The notes beneath the pieces were generated by a model. That model did no database searches. It was not told the origin of the DNA and saw nothing but the letters and a program-made list of their open reading frames with translations. From Eledone cirrhosa (Eukaryota), in contig OZ024743.1 of assembly GCA_964016885.1 (NCBI GenBank), forward strand, positions 332,506,001-332,570,000: a DNA stretch of 64,000 nt. Direction: 5' to 3'. This document shows positions 24,811 to 34,885 of the stretch, one piece after another. The stretch's first letter is position 1, and each line of letters starts with the position of its first letter. The position numbers and the translations under genes are program-made.

Positions 24811-25165
24811 GTGTAGACGCGTTCTTGAGACTAGTAAAATGAGGTATCCTCTTGATAAGTCGGCAGACCTCGCAGGGACTCTATATCTTTATGATGTATT
24901 GTTTTTGTTTATGCCACGAAACTACGTAGTCGAGGAATCTAGGAGCAGTTTAGGTATGATACATTTTATTACTAATTATATCTAAATGTTTCTTCTCTCT
25001 TCATAATGTAATTTTAACTCTGATACTGGTTCAGTCTGGTTCAACCGGATTGGTCTGTCCCAGTCATTCATTGAGCAACATCGGTGAGGTTGGCACCCTT
25101 AACTCACGGTTGGGTGTGGATGCATTCATGTATATGTGTGTGTCCGCATCTATCTGTGTGTTTCT
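24811..25165 (+). mobile_element. Short non-coding HHR-bearing element between TA tracts
   Basis: Flanked by TATATATATA (24799) and (TA)n (25170); contains HHR motif at 24847. Confidence 0.55.
24847..24936 (+). ncRNA. Type I hammerhead ribozyme, U3-A8 core variant
   Basis: UCCUC-UUGAUAA-GUCGGCA...UGCCAC-GAAAC-UACGUA-GUC-GAGGA; palindromic stem III ACUACGUAGU. Confidence 0.75.
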
Positions 25166-25167
25166 AA

Positions 25168-25262
<95 letters not shown>

Positions 25263-25263
<1 letters not shown>

Positions 25264-25480
25264 TATGTCATTTATTTTGTCTGGCCTGTTTAGCTTGACT
25301 TGTTTTTTGGCTTAGGTGGTTAATGGCTTCTTGACCGCCTTCTCAGTTTGTATGGCATTTATAACCTATGTTTATTGCTCTGGTCTTTTTTAGCCCATGG
25401 AGCGCTTGCCAGCATGACTCGGAATTTGCGTTACGTTTCGCTTTTTCTACCCGCCGAAATGCGATTCTCGCTGAATTTAT
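25263..25480. repeat. Unclassified ~220-bp dispersed repeat, copy 1
   Basis: Near-identical to 27490-27705; both start directly after (TA)n. Confidence 0.85.
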
Positions 25481-25897
25481 ATTTGTATTAATCTCCCGAG
25501 TCTTACAATTAACCTGTTAATAATTCTATTGACTGATTAATTGAATAAGTTTATTTTAAAAAACTACCCGCTCAAGAGCTTATTCGATTTGTGTTATTTA
25601 TGCAATTTTTTTGCATGGATTTACACATACTGAATTCATTTGCCAAAATCTGGGGTTTTTTCCCCTGTGAGTTACGCATGTGCTTTTACAAAACACTGTC
25701 ATCCACAACACTGGCGCAGAACAAAATACCTGTTGATAACGTGATATTCCTCGTTCGATCATTATACCAAAAGCTTATTGTTTTAAGCAGACAGTATTAT
25801 TGATTTAGGTGTCACAGAAACCCTGTACTGGATTTTACCATCAATTCCAAGGGTTAAGGTTTGTTATATATATGTGTATATATATATATATATATAT

Positions 25898-26583
25898 AAA
25901 TTAAAGTATAGAAATTGTTGTGAGCGTGAAGCCAACAGTATTTCATAATATATAAGTGACTATAACGTCAAAATGGAAAAATAGTTAACGTAAGATGTGA
26001 GAAAATAATTCAAACTAAATTTTTTTTAAAAATCAAGACATAGAATAATCCATAGAATTTTGTGAAATCCAGGGAAAAATCAACAGAGCCTTAACTCAGA
26101 ATAAAATAAAGCTTAAATACTCATCCTTCAATTTGGAAAAACTACAAATGCTCTGTATAGTCTTAAAAAGACTATTTCGCGAAACTTTCGGTGGGGATGG
26201 TCACGGTTGGAGTCGTTCATCAGCAGAGCTCAAACACGATAACCCTAAATCTACTCTAGAATATGCCAAAAAGGTAATTTAAAGACAGGCTAGTTCAACT
26301 CGTACGTAATTATGAAAAATAAACGCACATGGAGAGACATGGCTGGTGACGTCAGAATGAGACGAATGTCTGTTTAGATGAAACAACAGTCAAAACACAT
26401 TCCGAAAAAAACTCCACAAGTGTATGGAGTTCAGCAAAATAGCAATATTATCGCGGTTTTTTTTTTAAAAGACCGGGATTAGTCACAAATAATTTTAAGC
26501 ACTCTAGGAAAATTCCGAGTATAAATATAAATTAAAGTATAGAAATTGTTGTGAGCGTGAAGCCAACAGTATTTCATAATATA
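25898..26583 (-). mobile_element. Terminally redundant 631-bp HHR element (retrozyme-like or solo pseudo-LTR) in (TA)n
   Basis: ~55-bp direct repeat AAATTAAAGTATAGAAATTGTTGTGAGCGTGAAGCCAACAGTATTTCATAATATA at 25898 and 26529; HHR at 26150-26229. Confidence 0.75.
26150..26229 (-). ncRNA. Type I hammerhead ribozyme with full stem III
   Basis: GCUCUG-CUGAUGA-ACGA...UCGC-GAA-AUAGUCUU-UUU-AAGACUAU-A-CAGAGC: 6-bp stem I, 8-bp stem III, AUA cleavage triplet. Confidence 0.82.
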
Positions 26584-27009
<426 letters not shown>

Positions 27010-27010
<1 letters not shown>

Positions 27011-27443
27011 TGAAAGGATAACAAGGACGATTGGTTACTCCTTCATTACATTTATTGGCAGGTGACGCGCGTTTTGCCACTGATCAGCTCAAGGTTCGAT
27101 CTGTATCGATCTTACCCGACTCAATAATCGGCAGCTCGACGAACCCTTTAAAATGCTATAAGAAAATGAATACATGCATTTTCTTATAGCATTTTAAAGG
27201 GTCCGACGAGCTGCCGATTATTGAGTCGGGTAAGATCGATACAGATCGAACCTTGAGCTGATCAGTGGCGAAACGCGCGTCACCTACCAATAAATGTAAT
27301 GAAGGAGTAACCAATCGATCGTCCTTGTTATCCTTTCAATATATTACACTCTGTATAGCTCTACACCTCAACACAGAAGTGAACCTAAACATCGAGTGCT
27401 CTCCCGGGTGAACCTGCAGTAACTCCAAATTATACTCCCTGGA
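27010..27443 (+). mobile_element. Fold-back HHR element (~160-bp arms, ~8-nt loop, plus unique tail)
   Basis: 27010-27168 is the reverse complement of 27177-27340; tail ends ACTCCCTGGA-(TA)n. Confidence 0.85.
27199..27285 (+). ncRNA. Hammerhead-like motif, C4 variant core, long stem II
   Basis: GGGU-CCGACGA-GCUGC...GUGGC-GAAAC-GCGC-GUC-ACCU; palindromic stem III ACGCGCGU. Confidence 0.62.
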
Positions 27444-27451
27444 TATATACA

Positions 27452-27488
<37 letters not shown>

Positions 27489-27489
27489 A

Positions 27490-27700
27490 TATGTCATTTA
27501 TTTTGTCTGGCCTGTTTAGCTTGACTTGTTTTTTGGCTTAGGTGGTTAATGGCTTCTTGACCGCCTTCTCAGTTTGTATGGCCTTTATAACCTATGTTTA
27601 TTGCTCTGGTCTTTTTTAGCTCATGGAGCGCTTGCCAGCATGACTCGGAATTTGCGTTAAGTTTCGGTTTTTCTACCCGCCGAAATGCTATTCTCGGTGA

Positions 27701-27705
<5 letters not shown>
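27490..27705. repeat. Unclassified ~220-bp dispersed repeat, copy 2
   Basis: Near-identical to 25263-25480; flanked by (TA)n on both sides. Confidence 0.85.
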
Positions 27706-27759
<54 letters not shown>

Positions 27760-27863
27760 CATATATATACATATATGGAAAGTTATATTTAAATTGTTGG
27801 GTTAACAACGAGTAAATATTTATAACTGATATAAAAGCACTCAACAAGTATTTGGAGTATATT

Positions 27864-28223
27864 TATGATATTAAATAAATGGAAACTATATTTATAAAAC
27901 CATATTTATTTCATTATATATATTTCAGGGATATCATATTAACAATATGTTATGCCTTCATCAGACAAAATACAATATAAACAGTCTTATAAATAAATAG
28001 ATATGACATACCTTTCAATCGACTTGCAGTTGGAATACTGCCAAATCAACTTCCCAAATGCAAGTCGATTGAAAGGTATGTCATATCTATTTATTTATAA
28101 GACTGTTCATATTGTATTTTGTCTGATGAAGGCATAACATATTGTTAATATGATATCCCTGAAATATATATAATGAAATAAATATGGTTTTATAAATATA
28201 GTTTCCATTTATTTAATATCATA
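27864..28223. mobile_element. Fold-back HHR element (~165-bp near-perfect arms, ~30-nt loop)
   Basis: TATGATATTAAATAAATGGAAACTAT...TCGACTTGCA / TGCAAGTCGA...ATAGTTTCCATTTATTTAATATCATA. Confidence 0.88.
28117..28178 (+). ncRNA. Minimal hammerhead-like motif (mirror copy on minus strand at ~27909-27970)
   Basis: UUUUGU-CUGAUGA-AGG...CCU-GAAAU-AUAU-AUA-AUGAAA; stem I weak (two wobbles). Confidence 0.6.
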
Positions 28224-28231
28224 TATATACA

Positions 28232-28302
<71 letters not shown>

Positions 28303-28310
28303 GTATATAT

Positions 28311-28354
28311 ATGATATTAAATAAATGGAAACTAGTTTCCATTTATTTAATATC

Positions 28355-28356
<2 letters not shown>
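28311..28356. repeat. 46-bp perfect palindrome made of the outer ends of the 27864-28223 element
   Basis: ATGATATTAAATAAATGGAAACTAGTTTCCATTTATTTAATATCAT. Confidence 0.9.
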
Positions 28357-28419
<63 letters not shown>

Positions 28420-28444
28420 CATATATATATACATATATACATAC

Positions 28445-28487
<43 letters not shown>

Positions 28488-28888
28488 TTGAGCAAGACAC
28501 TTTATTTTACCTTGTTCCTTCTACCTGAAGTTGCGACCGATAAATAATATTAGCAATTGGAAAGACCAATGAAAACACGGTTTCCTCGGTCCGATTTGAC
28601 GAAAGTCGATCGTTAGGAATATACGTATATATATATATATACGTATATATATATATAAACTATTTTTTGATGATTAAAGAATAAAAACTAATGATAAATA
28701 ATTGCTTTGTTTTTTTAAATGAGGCCCCCGAGAGTGGCCCTACGCTTATAAGTAAATACAATACGACATGTAATATTTCAGTTTTAATTTACCACGTTAC
28801 ACGTTACACGTTATATTTCTTAACTCTGTCTAAATTATGCCGCATCCTCAGTCACCAACTTTATTGGACCTTCAAATAATATATATAT

Positions 28889-29252
28889 TACTCTCGGGTT
28901 TCGAATACCCCACCCCGCCCTATCCCGCTTAATGTTTCAGATTTTTCCACCTCCCCCGCTCTTATTCCATCCCCACCTACCCCCGCTTATTAAACCTTGC
29001 TAATCTATCTCCGGCGAAATTTTATATTTTAAGTGGTAGCATTCCTGCAACAATTATTTATACATTATACATGACATAAAAAAAGTACATTACTAGAAAT
29101 CCCATACGTTATAAAATAGGATGGGTTGAGGTTTCAATATGTAAACTCAATGGAGACAACCTAGAAAAATTACCGATTTTCAACGTACACCTTTATTCCA
29201 CTCCCATCCCGACTATCATCTCCTCCCCCTTATTATTTGGGGCCTAAGAGTA
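28889..29252. mobile_element. Possible MITE
   Basis: Imperfect TIRs TACTCTCGGGTTTCGAATA / TATTTGGGGCCTAAGAGTA with internal CCCCC..TTATT subterminal motifs. Confidence 0.35.
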
Positions 29253-29629
29253 AGTGTTGCAGCTGAAATAAACTCGCTTTAAAATTATATTTCACATTAC
29301 AATAACTACAGATGTGGCTATTTCATGGCTTGTGGTTTGGACACATGTTAGCCGACTATATCTATTGATGGAAACATGTTGCAATATCGATGTTCTAGTA
29401 AAACCTTTATTCAAACTAAGTAACAATGTGACACCAGTAACTCTTTACATCATATCTGTCAGATAATTAGTGGGGTGCTGCTTCAGAAACTTTTAGCTAT
29501 TGTTTTAATAGTGTAAAACGAAACAAACATATAAAACGAAAATTTATACAAACTTGATAAAATCCTAAACGAAAAAATTCTTTTTTACTTACCAATAAAT
29601 TGTTACAGTTCTGGCTTGATCCAATCATT

Positions 29630-30450
29630 TAAAAATGAAATCTATTCTTCTTGTTTTACATTGAGCGAAGAGGTTAATAATGGTCTCCTTCATCCCTGAA
29701 TGACTGTTTAGGAAATGTTTCTCCATTGAAAGCACTGCAAGTACATATAGTCTTTCAGGATTCATAGCGCTTTTTAGAAAAGTTTTTATTCTTTTCAGTG
29801 TTAAAAACCAGTGTTCTGGCCTGATGTAGTCATGGGAATTGACAAAAGGATTTTTATCAGTTTCATAATTTCACTAAGAACACCATCTAGATTATTTTCC
29901 AAGATAAATTTCAGCAGCACAATTAATTTGCAATATTCATGCATATCGGATCGACAATAGAATACTTTTAGTTCAGTTTCAAGCTTTTCTTTGTCAACCG
30001 TGGGATATGCTTCAGTGGTCAGTCCTGTCTCTTCTGTAGGCAGCTCATTCATAAACCTAACGAAGCTTTTCTTGTTGAACAATTTAGCAGCTACTAAGTG
30101 TTTAGTGGAAGAATATCTGTCCATTATATCACACATATACAGTCACACATATCCTTTGCTTCTGTCATGAGTGTCTTTGAAGGATTCTCACAGTACTTCG
30201 AGTTGCTTATATCTAAAATAGCAGTTTTGAAATCTGTTATATATACATTTACTTTAAACACACTCATTTCTCGAGATTGCATTTGATTGTAAATTACTTC
30301 AACATGAGGCATAATCTGATGAAAAAGCTCTAACCAAAATATGAAATTATCATCATTCAGGTATTTTTAAAATCCTGTTGTTTCTGCAATGGTTTGATCT
30401 GCATTTGATGTTGACTGAATTTCAGTAAGGCTGTCTTCAAATTTCTTTTT
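29630..30450 (-). pseudogene. Decayed hAT transposase C-terminus (dimerisation domain)
   Basis: LETELKVFY..LIKILLSIPMTTS..FNTEKNKNF/LKRIKTFL-type, MNPERLYVLAVLSMEK across frames. Confidence 0.75.
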
Positions 30451-30544
30451 CATGTCTAAATTAAGTTCTATGGGGTAAGAGCTGGATCTTAACAGTTTAA
30501 TCCAAGACAATTTAGATTATGGAATATATTATGTAAATACAGTT

Positions 30545-30857
30545 TAATGAAAAAAAAAAACATTTATATTGAGAAGAATGGAATGTAAAATAGGAAAATA
30601 TAGAGAAAAAAACAGGAAAAGGGAGGGAATGACAAGTACTCTAATGTCACAGAGGAATGAGAGGGGAAGATGATTGGGCTCTGGGCCTAGGGCGCGACGA
30701 TAAAGGGGCTGCGCCGCACAGACAAGACCACAAAAGCAATACCACGGACAATGGCCAGCGACACCCGCTGCAACAGCCACCCCACCTTGCAGGGCTCCTT
30801 CCTCAGATGGGCCGCCGACTTTCCGACCTTGCGAAGGAGCTCGACTGTATGGAATCT
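30545..30857 (-). mobile_element. CRE-type (restriction-like endonuclease) non-LTR 3' fragment
   Basis: ..EPCKVGWLLQRVSLAIVRGIAFVVL (QRxSxAIxRGNA motif). Confidence 0.7.
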
Positions 30858-30961
30858 AATTAGAATATGATTACGGAAGAAATCAAATTTGTCAAAGAGC
30901 AATATAACCGCAATAGTGACCTTCGATTGTTGATGCTCTGTCGCACAATATTGTCGTCTTT

Positions 30962-31425
30962 TTTTTTTTACCAATTCTATTTTTTTTATTTATTTATTTA
31001 TTTTTTGGTGTGTGTGGGGGGGGGGGGGGGGGAGAAAATTTGATTTATTTACAATAGTTTATAACTTTGCCTATTAATCCGTATGGTGAGCAAATGGGGT
31101 CCCACGTGCTGGCCTCCCCACAGCCCCGGCGGACAGGATGGAGAAGGCGTTTCCTCGGAGGATGGTAAGGGAGATGCGCTGGAAGAGCCATTCCAACTGG
31201 CGAGGCTCACACCTGCAGTTGGCTAGTTCAGCGCCTATGGTGGTGAATAGGGAGGTAGCCCTAGGGCCGAGGACACGAGAAGTCTCCACTGCCAATGGTA
31301 CGACAGCGAACCTGTCAGAGAGTGACCGGTACTTGGAAAGTTTGGCCTCCTCAGCCCGACGTGCAGCAGTACCTGGGTTAGTCGCAGACTGCACCAGGTT
31401 GCGGCTGGAGTGCACAGACGACAAT
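30962..31425 (-). mobile_element. CRE-type non-LTR 3' fragment, second family
   Basis: AARRAEEAKLSKY..FAVVPLAVETS..LG..EPRQLEWLFQRISLTILRGNAFSIL; A-rich 3' tail on minus strand. Confidence 0.82.
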
Positions 31426-31711
31426 ATTGTTTGGGAGTAGATTAGTTTGTTAGTAAAATATAATTTCAGTGAAGAATATTGATAAACCTTTGTATCTGTA
31501 ATCAGACTTATAGTAAATACATTACAATATATTGTTCTCAGCAAAATACCATACATGTGCCATTAACAAAGCATTGTTGTCTACAATGACAGGCTTGACT
31601 AACTACAAAGAAAACGTCAATGTTTTGAGGGTAGCAACACATTTTTCTTCAAAGAAAAGTTTTGTCTGAGTCACTTTACTTAGTCAACACTGAGGAGGGG
31701 ACAATATTTTT

Positions 31712-31785
31712 TACGGGGTCGATAAAATAAAGTACCAGTAATGCACTGGGTAATTGCTGGCCTTGTGCCTAAAGTAGAAACAAAT
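31712..31785 (+). mobile_element. SINE (second family) 3' fragment
   Basis: GGGGTCGATAAAATAAAGTACCAG..GTAGAAACAA. Confidence 0.8.
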
Positions 31786-31835
31786 ATTTTTATAGCTTCA
31801 GTTGGGTCTCGATGTATCATCTTTGTGATAGAATA

Positions 31836-32062
31836 CAGGTAAAATTCCGTTATAACGAAATTTTCAGTATAACGAATTTGTTTTCAATCCTCGACGTAAT
31901 AACAAACAAACGCTCGGTTTGTTTCGGTCGATCTCGTTATAAAGAATTTTTCGTTACAACGATTTTTTTTTATACTCCGTGAATTTTGCTATAACGGAAT
32001 TTCACTGTGGTGTACGAATTTTTTTTATACCCCGTGAATTTTGTTATAACGGAATTTCACTG
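31836..32062. mobile_element. Tc1/pogo-type MITE
   Basis: TA|CAGGTAAAATTCCGTTATAACGAA ... TTGTTATAACGGAATTTCACTG|TA; right end partly duplicated. Confidence 0.75.
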
Positions 32063-32084
32063 TATATTGACACTTGTGGTATAT

Positions 32085-32860
32085 GGCCGATTGTCGCACT
32101 TGGTGGTGAATTGATAGTTGTTTTTGTTTGTTTTGTTTTTCTTCTTATCTTTTCTTTTTCTCTCGTTTTCACCATATATTTTTGTGCATTACGTTTGTGA
32201 GTTTCCTGATAATAATTAAGTGGGTTTATTATATAATGTTTATATTTTCATTCCTGTAAGAACTATAAACAATTTGTAATGTGATTTATACAACTGTAAA
32301 CTTCGGAAAATAAAACATGTACAGTATAGCGCTTATCAAACTTTCTCCAAGTGTATGACATTTACTACTTTATAAGATTAATTGCGATATTTGATAAGCT
32401 GTAGTTAACCCATCTTCGTTATTTTAACCGTTTTTTTTTTAATGATGAAGTTCTTGGAGAACACCTTTTAAATCTTTCATGTAGTTCTTGAAAATGTTCA
32501 ATGGGTTCAATGGGTTTGAAAAATGTTCAATTTGGTTTGGTTTGGTTTTGTTCAAATGATGTCTTGTAACAAGGTGATCTCGTAATCGACTGAACTTCAA
32601 CATTTAGTTTGAAAATGTTTATTCGTTTTCCATTGACCCTTGTGTTGTGTGACCGATTGTCACACTTGGTGGTGAATTGGTGGTCGTTTTTGTTTGTTTG
32701 TTTGTTGTTTCTCTCGGTTTGACCATATATTTTGGTGCGTTATATTTGTGAGGTTCCTAGCAATAGTTAATTGTATTTATTTTATGTGTTTATATTTTCA
32801 TTCTGGAAGAATTGTGAACAAGTTGTAATGTTATTCAATTAAACTGAACTTCAGAATTCG
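32085..32860. repeat. Two diverged ~210-bp direct repeats (32085-32310, 32650-32860)
   Basis: CCGATTGTC(G/A)CACTTGGTGGTGAATTG... shared. Confidence 0.7.
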
Positions 32861-33246
32861 GGTGAAAAGCCAGGAACATATTTCTTTGTTTCACTCTTGT
32901 TTCTGGTAGATTTGTACGGCAGATCAATTGATAAACACTTCTAAAGTTCTAGATGTGTTATGTACTATCAAATATCACATCTAATTACTCTTACGAACAA
33001 GTTCAACGAGAAAACGAGTTTCATTAAATAAAGCCCTCAGCTCATAAAACCTAATTAACGTAAGTCTTGAGGGAAGGAAAGCTAAGCTTTAGAACCTTAA
33101 AGGAATGTAAGTTTTCAAAGAAAGCTAAGCAAAGCAGTCTCGAAAAGAAACGTCCGGTAAGTGGGGGGGGGGGGCATGTCATGCCCATGCGTTGAACAAT
33201 CTTTGCAAAGTTTTCCATTTCTGCAAAAGAGAAAAATCGTGAATCC

Positions 33247-33465
33247 CTTCTTCTTCTTCACCCACTTAATCCTGGGAGAGTCGTGAGGGGCAGAATCCTC
33301 AAACACTCCTTCCAGCAGGTCCTGTCAGAAGCAATCGTCTCCAACTGATCCAGCTGTATCCCCAAGTGAGACCAGCCAAACTCATGGATGCTATCCAACC
33401 ATCTTGTTCAGGGTCGAGCCCGGGGAATCCTGTTGGTTGGTTTTACCCGGAAAATTTGTCCTGTA
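33247..33465 (-). mobile_element. Rex3/Expander-like RTE 3' fragment
   Basis: (CTT)n tail plus homology to 50954-51557. Confidence 0.8.
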
Positions 33466-33651
33466 AGGAAAAAACTGAGACTTTGTTTCGGTTAAAAGGC
33501 TGTTACTTTCCAAATTTACACACACAGTTCGAAAGCCAATCACCATCGATACTCACCATTGCATATGTGAAGCATTCCAGAACCCCCTCCCTCGGAAAGA
33601 TCTCTCCCGCCAATCAATAATTTCAAATCTCCCACTTGTGGGTTATAACAG

Positions 33652-33652
<1 letters not shown>

Positions 33653-33704
<52 letters not shown>

Positions 33705-33726
33705 CGTGGTGGTGGTGGTGGTGGTG
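33653..33726. repeat. (GTA)n(GTG)n
   Basis: Direct reading. Confidence 0.95.
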
Positions 33727-33843
33727 GGTCCTACTCGTTCCTATTACCCACTCTACTACCCTAAGTATTGAGTACTTTGGTGCATTATGGTCCATCTGGT
33801 TCCTTACCACATTTCCTTCGTTATATATATATATATGTATATA

Positions 33844-34885
33844 TATATTGTTATACTTTGGGAGGGTCATGTTGCCAATAAGAAACCAATAAGAAACACA
33901 CGCACCAATGTTTTCACTTCAATTTATTATAAATTTCCGGTTGGTTGGTTGGCTCTATAACCGGATGGTGGTAAGCAATAAATGCCAGAGTGTAATGTTC
34001 ATCAATACAACCCCTAGAGGTAAACTAGCTTACAAATTTAGAAGGGCCCTAGATAAACTTAAACTAAATATTAAGATAGTGGAAAGACCAAGTACCTCCA
34101 TAGAAACACTAATTAGTAATACATACCCTTTTCAAAGACCTCTCTGTATAGTTAGGAAATGCATAATCTGTAAGCTAAGCCCCCATATTAACTGTAAAAA
34201 TAGAAACATAGTATATAGCATAAGATGTATTGAGGGACAATGTAAAGATAAGAATATAGTGTACATAGGTGAGACAGCTCGTAGCATAGGAGAATGATTA
34301 AATGAACACTGGCGAGAACTCCAAGATAGAAAAGACTCATTAATACTTCACCAACATGCTAAAATAGAACATAAGGGCAAATTAGAGAACATAGAGATAA
34401 AAATTGAATCTACACACAGAAAAGACGCAATGTTTAGACAAATCACAGAGGCAATAAACATAAATGAACTCCAACCAAAATTAAATAGAAAACATGAATG
34501 GAATAGCAACATCACAACTTATAATTAAGGACAAAATGAAAACATACAGACACACAGCAACAACAACAAAAAATGCTTATATATGTATGCATGTATATAT
34601 GTATATATATATCACACACACATAGAACAAACAACCAACTAGTGACATGTAAATAAAGAAATAAATAAACAAATAAAAACACACACAAACACCCGGATGT
34701 AACACATGCGCAAACTAAGCACACAACACACACAAAAACAAGATGGCGTAGGACAGAACAAAGGAGAGGCACAAAATAAAGAAAAGAATCCCCAGTCACT
34801 GAAGAGGTCACAGAATGTCTGACGAAAGAACTTTGACAATATGTGAACAACAATCCGGTTATAGAACCAACCAGCCAACCGGAAA
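33844..34885 (+). mobile_element. Penelope-like element, left part: inverted pLTR piece, GIY-YIG 3' ORF remnant, HHR
   Basis: CIVRKCIIC..CKNRNIVYSIRC..C..VYIGETARSIGE*LNEH..RQITEAINI..LNRKHEW; 33844-33966 is the reverse complement of 34853-34885 + 40828-40916. Confidence 0.88.
34795..34837 (+). ncRNA. Minimal type I hammerhead ribozyme motif
   Basis: GUCA-CUGAAGA-GGUCA..UGAC-GAAAG-AA-CUU-UGAC. Confidence 0.68.

Noticed and set aside
34295-34297. In-frame TGA in the PLE endonuclease (and at 8203 in the RTE) as selenocysteine or readthrough
   Set aside because: Both fall at positions expected to be Arg; sister RTE copies have CGA, so these are ordinary nonsense mutations
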